Made by a program: the position numbers and the translations under genes
DNA from: an uncultured Chloroflexia bacterium
Lineage (GTDB): Bacteria > Chloroflexota > Limnocylindria > Limnocylindrales > CSP1-4
Assembly (NCBI GenBank): GCA_963707395.1
Contig: CAVPPQ010000020.1
Span: 262,021 to 326,020 of the forward strand
Reading direction: 5' to 3'
DNA: 64,000 nt
The notes under the pieces: model-generated
The model's database searches: none
Told to the model about the DNA's origin: nothing
Seen by the model: only the letters and a program-made list of their open reading frames with translations
Part shown: positions 48,537 to 57,422 of the stretch, piece by piece
How the letters are laid out: the number at the start of each line of letters is the position of its first letter
Numbering within the stretch: position 1 is the stretch's first letter

Positions 48537-49568
48537 CTAGCGTGCTCCGGGGAGAAGCCGTTTCAGCCTCGCCGGCGGGTTCTGGATGAACTGGTTGAGG
48601 AGCACGGCGCCGATGAGGATGACACCCACGACGATGGTCGTCGAGTCACCCTTGGCGCCGGACAGCGCCAAGCCGTTCTTCATGAGCTGGATGAGCGCCA
48701 GGCCCAGCACGGTGCCCAGGATCGTGCCGCTGCCGCCGAAGATGCTGGTGCCACCCACGACCACGGCGGTGATGGCAGTGAGCTCGATGCCGTTGCCGAA
48801 GTCCGAGCGGGTGGTGCTCACGCGCGAGACGTAGACCCACGCCGCCACACCGGACATGAACCCGGACAGCGTGTAGATGATGAGCTTGTTGCGCTGCACG
48901 GGAAGGCCGCTGAAGCGCGCCCCCGTCTCGTTGTTGCCGATGGCGTACAGGGAGCGGCCAAAGGGCGTCCAGGCCAGGGCGGCGCCGATGGCGATGACCG
49001 CCAGGACCACGATGAGGAGCTGGTTCGGGATGCTCGTCAGGTCGCCCAGGAAGTCCTTCTGGCCCAGGATGTAGAACCACTCCGGGTAGCCGCGCACGGA
49101 TCGCGCCTGCGCGATGCCCTCCGCGAGTCCGCGGAAGAGCGCCAGCGTGGCCAGGGTGGTGATGAGCGGCGGCAGGCCGACCCTCGTGATGAAGAGGCCG
49201 TTGAAGAGGCCGCAGGCGGTGCCGATGAGCAGGGCCACGACGATGGCCAGCTCGAGGGGCAGGCCCCAGTTGTACCAGGCCACCCCGAGCATGATGGACG
49301 CCAGCCCCATGATGGAGCCGACGGACAGGTCGATGCCGCCCGTGATGATGATGAGCGTCATGGGCAGGGCGATGAGCGCGACCTCGCCTGCCAGGCGACT
49401 CTGATTGAGAAGGTTCTCCGGGGTCAGGAAGACGTCCGACTGCAGCGAGAGCAGCAGTACGCCGGCGACCAGGAGGATGAAGAGGATCGATTCCTGGCGC
49501 AGCAGGATGCGCTGCAGGCGGCTGGGCTCTGAGGAGCTGGGCTGGGTAGCGGGGTTCACGGTCGTCAT
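48537..49568 (-). CDS. sugar ABC transporter permease (RbsC/AraH family)
   Basis: Polytopic membrane protein; ...LSVGSIMGLASIMLGV..., typical branched-chain/ribose-type permease. Confidence 0.8.
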   Translation of the reverse strand: MTTVNPATQPSSSEPSRLQRILLRQESILFILLVAGVLLLSLQSDVFLTPENLLNQSRLAGEVALIALPMTLIIITGGIDLSVGSIMGLASIMLGVAWYNWGLPLELAIVVALLIGTACGLFNGLFITRVGLPPLITTLATLALFRGLAEGIAQARSVRGYPEWFYILGQKDFLGDLTSIPNQLLIVVLAVIAIGAALAWTPFGRSLYAIGNNETGARFSGLPVQRNKLIIYTLSGFMSGVAAWVYVSRVSTTRSDFGNGIELTAITAVVVGGTSIFGGSGTILGTVLGLALIQLMKNGLALSGAKGDSTTIVVGVILIGAVLLNQFIQNPPARLKRLLPGAR

Positions 49569-49578
49569 CTCGGCCTGC

Positions 49579-50610
49579 CTACTGCCGTTCCTGGCGCCGG
49601 CGGCGCACGACATCGGAGAGCACGGTCACCAGGATCAGGATGCCCAGGATGGCCTTCACCCAGAAGGGCGAGATGTTCACGAAGACCAGCGCCGAGCCGA
49701 TGAAGCGGATGAGGATGGCCGCCAACGTGGAGCCGATGACCGTGCCCACGCCGCCCAGGATGGAGACACCGCCCACCACGGAGGCCGTGATGACCTGCAG
49801 TTCCAGGCCCGGGGTCACGACCGCCTGGATGGTCTGGAACTGCGTCGCGTACATGACGCTGGCGATGCCCGCGAAGACGCCGCTCAGGATGAACGTGGTC
49901 ATCAGGATGCGCCGCGTGTCCAGGCCGGAGAGACGGGCTGCCTCCGCGTTGCCACCGACCGCGTATTGGGAGCGGCCGGTCCGGCTGTAGCGCATCCACA
50001 GGAAGGCCACGGCAGTCAGGACGATCATGATCCAGACCGGGATCGGGATGCCCAGGAAGGACTCCATGGCGAAGCTGTAGCCCTCGGGCAAGTCGTAGAG
50101 CGTGTTGCCTCCCGCTACGAGGATGAGGCCACCCTTGAGGATGCTGAACATGCCCAGCGTGACGACGATGGCAGGGATCTTCAGGTAGGCCACGAAGAAG
50201 CCGTTGATGGCGCCGATGAGCATGCCGCCGAAGATGGGTACGATCCAGGCCGCCACGTTCACGAGGGGCAGCGGCAAGCCCGCGTCGCGCAAGCCGAGCG
50301 CCACGTAGCCGGAGAGCGTCACCAGCACGCCGATGGCGGCGCCCACGGAGATGTCGATGTTGCCGGTGATGATGATCATCGACATGCCGATGGCGGCCAC
50401 GGCGATGTAGGCGTTGACGTTGAAGAGGTCGCTGACGTTGTTCCAGGCCAGGAACTGGTTGTTGTACAGCCCCACGCCGAAGAAGAGACCCACCAGCAGG
50501 ATGAGCAGCAGGCCCTCCTGGGTGCCCAGCGCCCGACGGACGAAGCCCAGGAGCTGGCGGCCCTGGGACGTGCGTTGCGAGGTGGGCTGGGCTGGAGCTG
50601 CCGCGCTCAT
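49579..50610 (-). CDS. sugar ABC transporter permease (RbsC/AraH family), second
   Basis: 343 aa paralog of the upstream permease; overlaps neighbours by 4 nt (operon). Confidence 0.8.
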   Translation of the reverse strand: MSAAAPAQPTSQRTSQGRQLLGFVRRALGTQEGLLLILLVGLFFGVGLYNNQFLAWNNVSDLFNVNAYIAVAAIGMSMIIITGNIDISVGAAIGVLVTLSGYVALGLRDAGLPLPLVNVAAWIVPIFGGMLIGAINGFFVAYLKIPAIVVTLGMFSILKGGLILVAGGNTLYDLPEGYSFAMESFLGIPIPVWIMIVLTAVAFLWMRYSRTGRSQYAVGGNAEAARLSGLDTRRILMTTFILSGVFAGIASVMYATQFQTIQAVVTPGLELQVITASVVGGVSILGGVGTVIGSTLAAILIRFIGSALVFVNISPFWVKAILGILILVTVLSDVVRRRRQERQ

Positions 50611-52157
50611 GCGGCCGCTCCGGCCACCGGATCCGCAGGCGGCGTGTCCGGGAGGATGACCTGGTCGCTCATCATGGCCGCACCGACGTTGTGCTGGTCG
50701 GCGTCCGCCCGATCGAACTCCGCCACCAGGCGACCCTGGCGCATGACCAGGACGCGGTCGCTCATGCCCAGCACCTCCGGCAGCTCGCTGGAGATCATGA
50801 GGATGCCCAGGCCCTGCTGGGCCAGCTCGCTCATGAGCCGGTGGATCTCCGCCTTGGCACCCACGTCAACGCCGCGGGTGGGCTCGTCCACGATGAGCAG
50901 CTTGGGCTTGCTGGCCAGCCACTTGCCCACGACGACCTTCTGCTGGTTGCCGCCGGAGAGCTTGTTGACGACCTGCTCCCCGCTCGTGGCGATGATGTTG
51001 AGCTGGGCGATCATGTCGTTCCCGACGCGGCGCTCGGCGGACTTGTCCACCATGCCCACGCGGGTCAGCGAGCCCAGGATGGCCATCGAGATGTTCTCGC
51101 GGATGCGCATCTCCCTGACCAGCCCCTGGCTGCCGCGATCCTCTGGCACGTAGGCGATGCCCAGCTTCATGGCCTGACCCGGTGAGCGGATGTCCACCTT
51201 CTGGCCCTCGATGAGGATCTCGCCCGAGTCGGGGGCCAGGATGCCGAAGACGAGCTGCGCCGTCTCGCTGCGACCGGAGCCCACGAGGCCCGCCATGCCC
51301 ACGATCTCGCCACCGCGGACCGTGAAGCTGACGTCCTGCGTGGTCGGCTTGCGCGTCAGGTTGCGGACCTCCAGCACGTCACCGCGGACCTCCGTGGGGA
51401 GCTTGGGGAAGAGCTCCGTGATGGTCCGACCGACCATCATGCGGATGAGCTCGCCCTCGCTCACCTCAGCCACGGGCTTCGAGCCGACGAAGTGCCCGTC
51501 GCGCAGGACGGTGACCCGATCGGCCAGCTGGAAGACCTCCTGCAGGCGGTGGCTGATGTAGATGACGGCCACGCCGCGCTCCTTGAGCAGGCGCACGATC
51601 TCGAAGAGGCGCTCGACGTCCGATTCGGTGAGCGCGGCCGTAGGCTCGTCCATGATGAGCACTCGGGCGTTGATGGAGAGGGCCTTGGCGATCTCGACGC
51701 GCTGACGGTTGCCCACGTTCAACGTGCCGACCTTGCGCTGGACGTCCATGTCCTGGATGTTGAGCGAGGCCAGGATCTCGCGGGCGCGGTCGTTCATGGC
51801 ACCCCAGTCCACGACGCCGATGCGGCCGACCTCGCGCCGGGGGGCATGGCCCATGAAGATGTTCTCCGCCACGGACAGCTCCGGGTAGAGGCTCAGCTCC
51901 TGGTACATCGTGGCCACGCCAGCCGCCTGTGCCTCATGCGGGCTGCCGAAGGCGACTTCCTGGCCCTCCATGCGAATGACGCCCGCGTCCGGTTGGTGGA
52001 CGCCGGAGATGACCTTGATGAGCGTGGACTTGCCGGCACCGTTCTCACCCACCAGGGCATGGATCTCGCCAGCCGCCACCGTGAATGAGACGTCCTCCAG
52101 GGCGCGGACACCCGGGAACTGCTTGCTGATGCCCTCGAGTTCAAGCAGCGCGGTCAT
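50607..52157 (-). CDS. sugar ABC transporter ATP-binding protein (duplicated NBD, RbsA/RhaT-like)
   Basis: 516 aa; two Walker A motifs (GENGAGKST... and GLVGSGRSE), LSGGNQQKV signature. Confidence 0.9.
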   Translation of the reverse strand: MTALLELEGISKQFPGVRALEDVSFTVAAGEIHALVGENGAGKSTLIKVISGVHQPDAGVIRMEGQEVAFGSPHEAQAAGVATMYQELSLYPELSVAENIFMGHAPRREVGRIGVVDWGAMNDRAREILASLNIQDMDVQRKVGTLNVGNRQRVEIAKALSINARVLIMDEPTAALTESDVERLFEIVRLLKERGVAVIYISHRLQEVFQLADRVTVLRDGHFVGSKPVAEVSEGELIRMMVGRTITELFPKLPTEVRGDVLEVRNLTRKPTTQDVSFTVRGGEIVGMAGLVGSGRSETAQLVFGILAPDSGEILIEGQKVDIRSPGQAMKLGIAYVPEDRGSQGLVREMRIRENISMAILGSLTRVGMVDKSAERRVGNDMIAQLNIIATSGEQVVNKLSGGNQQKVVVGKWLASKPKLLIVDEPTRGVDVGAKAEIHRLMSELAQQGLGILMISSELPEVLGMSDRVLVMRQGRLVAEFDRADADQHNVGAAMMSDQVILPDTPPADPVAGAAA

Positions 52158-52239
52158 GCGGCCTCGGTCCTACCCCCTGGGTCGACGCTCCACCGGAGCC
52201 GAATGTGCGGTCCGGTCCAGGCGACGACGTGACACCTAC

Positions 52240-52398
52240 CATACCAATCCCCGCACGCCCGGGAGCATTCGTTTGCACAGCCGTCGAAGGCACGCCGATG
52301 TTGACCGGCTGACCCTCGGTGAGGATGTCACTGATGTCCGGCTGCACCACGCCGGTCATGACCTTGATCGGCATGGAGCTGCCCGCGCCGTCGTCCAT
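52240..52398 (-). pseudogene. decayed duplicate of ABC ATPase N-terminus (remnant)
   Basis: Minus-strand translation MDDGAGSSMPIKVMTGVVQPDISDILTEGQPVNIGVPSTAVQTNAPGRAGIGMV parallels GENGAGKSTLIKVISGVHQPDAGVIRMEGQEVAFGSPHEAQAAGVATMYQ of the adjacent ATPase. No start; lies in the 680-bp intergenic gap. Confidence 0.45.
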
Positions 52399-52837
52399 CT
52401 CCGGGCGGACAGGCGCGACCGACGGGGACCATCGACCGGGCCAGCGGCGCTCCCGCCCTCCGAGCCTGGATGGGGTCCCTGGGTGGCCTGCGCGTCTCGC
52501 CCAGTCATTCGCCGGAGGATAGCCGAGCGCCGGACCGCGCGAGAGGGGGTCAGGCGGCCCGAGCTGGCGGGTCGCACGCTCCCAACCTCGCCCCTGGGCG
52601 ATGCCCCAAACCGTGACCCGGTGGAGCGATGTGGCGCTACCGAGGCCCGGGGGACGCCTTCCGCGTCCCGCTGGATGCCGATGCCGGCCACGATGACTGC
52701 CTCGGCGCCTGATGGACGAGACGCGCCGCGACGTGTCAGGGTCGCGGAGGCTATCCTGCGCTGCGAACGGAGAGCGGTCCTCGGCTCGTCGAACGGACGA
52801 CGGGGCCGACCGTCTCGCCTGCCGCCCGGAGGAGCCC

Positions 52838-53800
52838 ATGCCTGAGACCGACGAGCGCCGCCTGGCCTGGTATCGGCGGATGCTGCTGATCAGGGTCTTC
52901 GAGGACAAGGTGCAGCAGCTCTTCATGGGCGGTCGTATCGAGGGCACGACGCACCTCTGCCAAGGCCAGGAGGCGGTCTCCGTGGGAGCCATCGCGGCCA
53001 TGGGCCCGCATGACGTGCAGACGAACACGTACCGCGGCCACGGCGAGGCCCTGGCCCTGGGCATGACCCCCGACGTCGCCATGGCCGAGCTGATGGGCCG
53101 CAGCAGCGGCGGCTCGAAAGGCCTGGGTGGCTCGATGCACCTCATCGACACGGCCAAGGGCAACATCGGCGCCAATGCCATCGTCGGCGCCGGCCTGCCC
53201 ATCGCCGTGGGGGCCGCCATGGCTTTCAAGCTGCGACGGGAGCCGCGCGTGGCGCTCACCTTCGTGGGTGACGGTGCCACCAACATCGGCACCTTCCACG
53301 AGTCGCTGAACATGGCCGCGGTGTGGCAAGCACCGGTCGTCTTCGTCGTCGTCAACAACCTCTACGGCGAGTACTCACCGGTGCGCATGACAACGCCCAT
53401 CGACGACCTGGCGCGGCGTGCCGACCCGTACGCCATGCCCGGCGTCATCGTCGACGGCCAGGACGTGGAGGCCGTCCATGCCGCCGCGTCCGAGGCGGTC
53501 GCCCGAGCCCGCGCGGGGGATGGTCCCAGCCTGCTGGAGATGAAGACCTACCGCTACCGGGGGCATTCGCGCTCGGACCCGGCCAAGTACCGACCTGGTG
53601 GGGAGCTCGAGGCCTGGAAGGCGCGCGACCCGCTCGTGATCCTGGGGACGCGGCTGGCGAACGAGGGCCTGCTGTCGCCCGCAGCCCAGGCGGCGCTGGA
53701 GTCGGACGTCACGGCCGAGGTCGAGGCCGCTGTCGCGCGTGCCGAGTCCGCACCCTACCTGTCCATCGAGGAGGCCCGTCGCCATGTCTACGCTGGCTGA
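52838..53800 (+). CDS. TPP-dependent 2-oxoacid dehydrogenase E1 alpha subunit (pyruvate/acetoin dehydrogenase-like)
   Basis: ...YRGHGEALALG...GDGATNIGTFHESLNMAAVW...YRYRGHSRSDP; RBS GGAGG. Confidence 0.85.
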   Translation: MPETDERRLAWYRRMLLIRVFEDKVQQLFMGGRIEGTTHLCQGQEAVSVGAIAAMGPHDVQTNTYRGHGEALALGMTPDVAMAELMGRSSGGSKGLGGSMHLIDTAKGNIGANAIVGAGLPIAVGAAMAFKLRREPRVALTFVGDGATNIGTFHESLNMAAVWQAPVVFVVVNNLYGEYSPVRMTTPIDDLARRADPYAMPGVIVDGQDVEAVHAAASEAVARARAGDGPSLLEMKTYRYRGHSRSDPAKYRPGGELEAWKARDPLVILGTRLANEGLLSPAAQAALESDVTAEVEAAVARAESAPYLSIEEARRHVYAG

Positions 53801-54797
53801 GCTGCCCGGCGGCAGGGCCGCCGACACGGTCGTGATGACCTACCGGGAGGCGGTCACGGCCGCCATGGACGACGCCATGGCAGCCGATCCGACAGTGCTG
53901 CTGCTGGGCGAGGACGTGGCCAATGAGGGCGGCGTCTTCAAGACCAACGCGGGCCTCGCCGAGACGTATGGCGAGCGCGTCATCAACACGCCCATCTGCG
54001 AGAACGGCTTCACCGGGGTGGCCCTGGGCATGGCCGTGATGGGCATGCGCCCCATCGTCGAGTTCATGTTCGCCGACTTCCTGCCCAGCGCCGGCGACGC
54101 GCTCGTCAACCAGCTGCCCAAGTACCGCTTCATGAGCGGCGGCCAGCTGGCGGTCCCGGTGACCATCCGGGCCATCTCCGGCGGCGGTGGCCGCTTCGGG
54201 ACCCAGCACAGCGCCACCGGCAAATCGTGGTTCATGGCGCAGCCGGGCATGCGCGTCGCGGCTGCGGGGACACCGGCGGCTGCCTACGAGCTGCTGCGTG
54301 CCGCGATCATCGCGGACGACCCCGTCATCGTCCACGAGCACAAGCTGCTCTATATCCGCAAGGGTCCCGTGCGACGGGGGGCCGTGGCCGCCATCGGCAA
54401 GGCCTCGGTCGAACGCGATGGCGCGGACGTGACCATCGTGGCCACGCTGCTCATGGTGGAGCGGGCCCTGCAAGCCGCAGAGACGCTTGCCGCCGAGGGC
54501 ATCGATGCCGAGGTCATCGACCTGCGCTGGGTGCACCCGCTGGACCTCGAGACCGTGGCCGCGTCCGTGGCGCGCACGGGCCGGCTCGTCGTGGCCGAGG
54601 AGCAGTGGCACGATGCCGGTTGGGGTGCCACGCTCATCAGCCGCCTGGCCATGGCCGGGGTGGCCATGACCGCGCCGCCCCGGAACGTGTCCCTGCCCGA
54701 CGAGACCCTCATCGCCTACCCGCCCCAGCTCGAGGATGCCATCCTCCCGTCCGCGGAGCGCATCGCGGCGGCGGCGCGCGCAAGCCTCCGCGCGTAG
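53784..54797 (+). CDS. 2-oxoacid dehydrogenase E1 beta subunit (transketolase-like)
   Basis: MTYREAVTAAMDDAMAADPTVLLLGEDV...INTPICENGFTGVALGMAVMGMRPIVEFMF...; overlaps the alpha-subunit stop by 17 nt. Confidence 0.85.
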   Translation: MSTLAELPGGRAADTVVMTYREAVTAAMDDAMAADPTVLLLGEDVANEGGVFKTNAGLAETYGERVINTPICENGFTGVALGMAVMGMRPIVEFMFADFLPSAGDALVNQLPKYRFMSGGQLAVPVTIRAISGGGGRFGTQHSATGKSWFMAQPGMRVAAAGTPAAAYELLRAAIIADDPVIVHEHKLLYIRKGPVRRGAVAAIGKASVERDGADVTIVATLLMVERALQAAETLAAEGIDAEVIDLRWVHPLDLETVAASVARTGRLVVAEEQWHDAGWGATLISRLAMAGVAMTAPPRNVSLPDETLIAYPPQLEDAILPSAERIAAAARASLRA

Positions 54798-54930
54798 ACA
54801 AGGCAGGCGCACCTGACGCGCGTCCGGGCCGGTGGCAGTGCCGACTCGATGGTGGACCGGGCGACCGTCGTCACTCGGCTGTAGAGCAGCCGGCCGCCCC
54901 GGCATGGATCAGCCGGGCGTCCCAGCAGGA

Positions 54931-56214
54931 TCAGCCGGCCGCCCCGGCGGGCACCAGCCGCCAGGTGACCCGGCGGATGGCCACCAGCGCGACGAGGCCG
55001 ATGATCGCCAGGGCGAGCGCGCCCGTCAGCATGGCGGGCCGCACCCCGAGGATGTCCGCCAGCCAGCCGGAGAGCAGGGCGCCGACCAAGCCCGAGCCCT
55101 GGAAGATCGTGACCCAAAGGCCCATCACCCGGCCGCGCAGGAGGTCGGGCGTGGCCGAGTGCACGGACACCAGGGCGTTCTGGGCGAGCGTGATCTGGGC
55201 GGCCCCGAGCAGGAAGGCGAGGGCGAAGACCACGCCCACCGAACCCGCCAGGGCGATCCCGCCCACCATCGCGGCCATGCCCAGCACGCCGAGGATGAGC
55301 CAGGGTCGGCGGTCGCCGTGGGCGAACGTCGTCACCAGCAACGCTGCCGTCAGGGCCCCGGCACCCGCCGCGCCCAGGAAGGCGCCATAGCCCTCCGCGC
55401 CCACACCCAGCTCGTCACGGGCGTAGATGGGCGCCAGCGTGGAGAAGGTGGCCGTGGCGAACACACCGCCAGCCAGGATGAGCAGCAGGCACCAGCGCAC
55501 CACGGGCTCACCGAGGGCGAAGGCGGCGCCAGCGCGCAGGTCGGCCAGGATCGGGTGGCTGCGGTCCACGCGCTGCCGGCCCTGCTCCCGGTAGCGATCC
55601 ATCCACAGGAACGAGAGCGACACGACCAGCGATGCGAAGCCGGCGAAGACGAACGGCGAGGCCGGACCGATGGCAGCGATCATGACGCCGGCCACCACCG
55701 GACCCACGAAGCGGGTCGTGTTCCAGGCCGTGGCGTGCAGTGAGGCCGCGCTGCTGATGTCCCCGACAGGTACCAGCTCCGTCATGTAGGCCTGTCGCAC
55801 CGGGACCTCCACCGCGATGACCAGCCCCAGGCCGAAGGAGGCGGCAGCCACGATGGGCAGCGTCTGCAGGTCCAGCACGACGAGGACGGCGACCAGTCCC
55901 GCCAGCGCCGCCGCGAAGAGCTGCGCAGCGACGAGCACGTTCCGGCGGTCCACGCGGTCGGCCATGACGCCGCCCAGGGGGCCCACGAAGATGGTGGGCA
56001 GGTAGAAGGCACCCGTGACGAGGCCGACCTCAGCCGCGGTGGCACCGAGCTCCACGGCCAGCCAGGGGATGGCCACCAGCGGCATCCACATGGCCAGGCC
56101 GCGTACCAGCATGCCCACGAAGTAGATGCGAAAGCCCGGCGAGCGGAGCGCCCGAAAGCCACGCAGGCGTCCACCCGGCGGGCGACGAGCGGGGGTCTCG
56201 GGCGTGTTCGACAT
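54931..56214 (-). CDS. MFS transporter (EntS/enterobactin-exporter-like)
   Basis: 427 aa, 12 TM; ...FRIYFVGMLVRGLAMWMPLVAIPWLAVELGA... Confidence 0.85.
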   Translation of the reverse strand: MSNTPETPARRPPGGRLRGFRALRSPGFRIYFVGMLVRGLAMWMPLVAIPWLAVELGATAAEVGLVTGAFYLPTIFVGPLGGVMADRVDRRNVLVAAQLFAAALAGLVAVLVVLDLQTLPIVAAASFGLGLVIAVEVPVRQAYMTELVPVGDISSAASLHATAWNTTRFVGPVVAGVMIAAIGPASPFVFAGFASLVVSLSFLWMDRYREQGRQRVDRSHPILADLRAGAAFALGEPVVRWCLLLILAGGVFATATFSTLAPIYARDELGVGAEGYGAFLGAAGAGALTAALLVTTFAHGDRRPWLILGVLGMAAMVGGIALAGSVGVVFALAFLLGAAQITLAQNALVSVHSATPDLLRGRVMGLWVTIFQGSGLVGALLSGWLADILGVRPAMLTGALALAIIGLVALVAIRRVTWRLVPAGAAG

Positions 56215-56281
56215 CTGACCGCCGACTGTACGCCGATGCAGCGGACTTCAGCGTGAGCCGACCGGCCCGCACCGCGTGGGT

Positions 56282-57419
56282 CTACGTGCCCACGTCAGCC
56301 TGCGCCCCCGCGGTGCCAGGCGAGACCTCGACCGTGGCCTTGATGGCGCCGGCGCGGTTCGCAAGGTGCCGGGAGATGGCATCGGCATCCAGGCCGGCGA
56401 TGCGGTGCGTGATGAGCTGCGCCAGCCAGCCCCGCGTGGCAGCCTCCGCCTCCGCCCGACCGATGGTCGCCACGGCCGCCGCGTAGTCATCCCATGAGGC
56501 GGCAGCGCTGCCCACGATGACGCGGTTGTAGAGCACGATCGACTGGTTGAGGCGGGCCGCGTCGATGATCAGGGGGTCGCTTCCGGGTGTCACGCTGAAG
56601 AGTGCCAGCGCACCGTTGGGGGCCAGGGCGGCGACCGCCGCCGCCAGCAGCGTCGCCGCGCCGGAGCCCTCGAAGACGATATCGAAGGGGCCGTGGCGCC
56701 GGGTCACCTCGGACAGGTCGGCGTCAGCGGCGCTGACGTAGCGGGCACCGATGCCTTCCAGCAGCTCGCTGTTGCGATACGGACCCGGCCGCCGGCCGAC
56801 GGTGGTCACGTCCAGGCCGCGCAGGCGCAGGGCCAGCGTCGCCAGCAGGCCGATCGTGCCGGCGCCCGTCACCAGCGCCCGCCGTGGCTCCCAGAGCTCG
56901 AGTCGGGCCTGGACCTGGTCGGCCTGGCGCAGCGACTTGGTGATGCACGCCAACGGCTCGGCCAGGATCCCGACCGGCTCCAGCTGATCCGGGACGGGGA
57001 CGAGGGCGCCGACGTCCGCCACCACCTCCTCGGTCATGAAGCCGTGGGCCCGGCTGATGCCGGTCTCGATGAAGGTGTCGTCGGTCGAGAGGTCCGGACG
57101 GCCGATGCGGTCGTAGGGGCTGCCACCTGGCCGGCGGATGGTGACCACCACGAGCCGACCGGGCTCGATGCCGTCGACACCGGGGCCGACCTCCAGGACC
57201 CGGCCCAGCGATTCGTGGCCCAGCACCAGGAAGTCGGCACCGTCCGGCACGCGGCCGTAGTGGCCCCCGATGAGGTCTGCGTCCGTGCCACAGAGGCCGG
57301 CACGGATGATGCCGACCCGCACGCCGCGGCCGCCAGGGACCTCGTCGATCGACGGTCGGGGGACATCGCGCAGGTGGAGAGAGCCGGGCGTGCCCGGACG
57401 GATGGCGATGGCCTTCATC
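56282..57419 (-). CDS. Zn-dependent alcohol/polyol dehydrogenase (MDR family, threonine/glucose dehydrogenase-like)
   Basis: MKAIAIRPGTPGSLHLRDVPRP...CGTDADLIGGHYG...GHESLGRVLEVG...LVTGAGTIGLLATLAL; real C-terminal third of the 815-aa composite ORF. Confidence 0.8.
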
Positions 57420-57422
57420 TCC

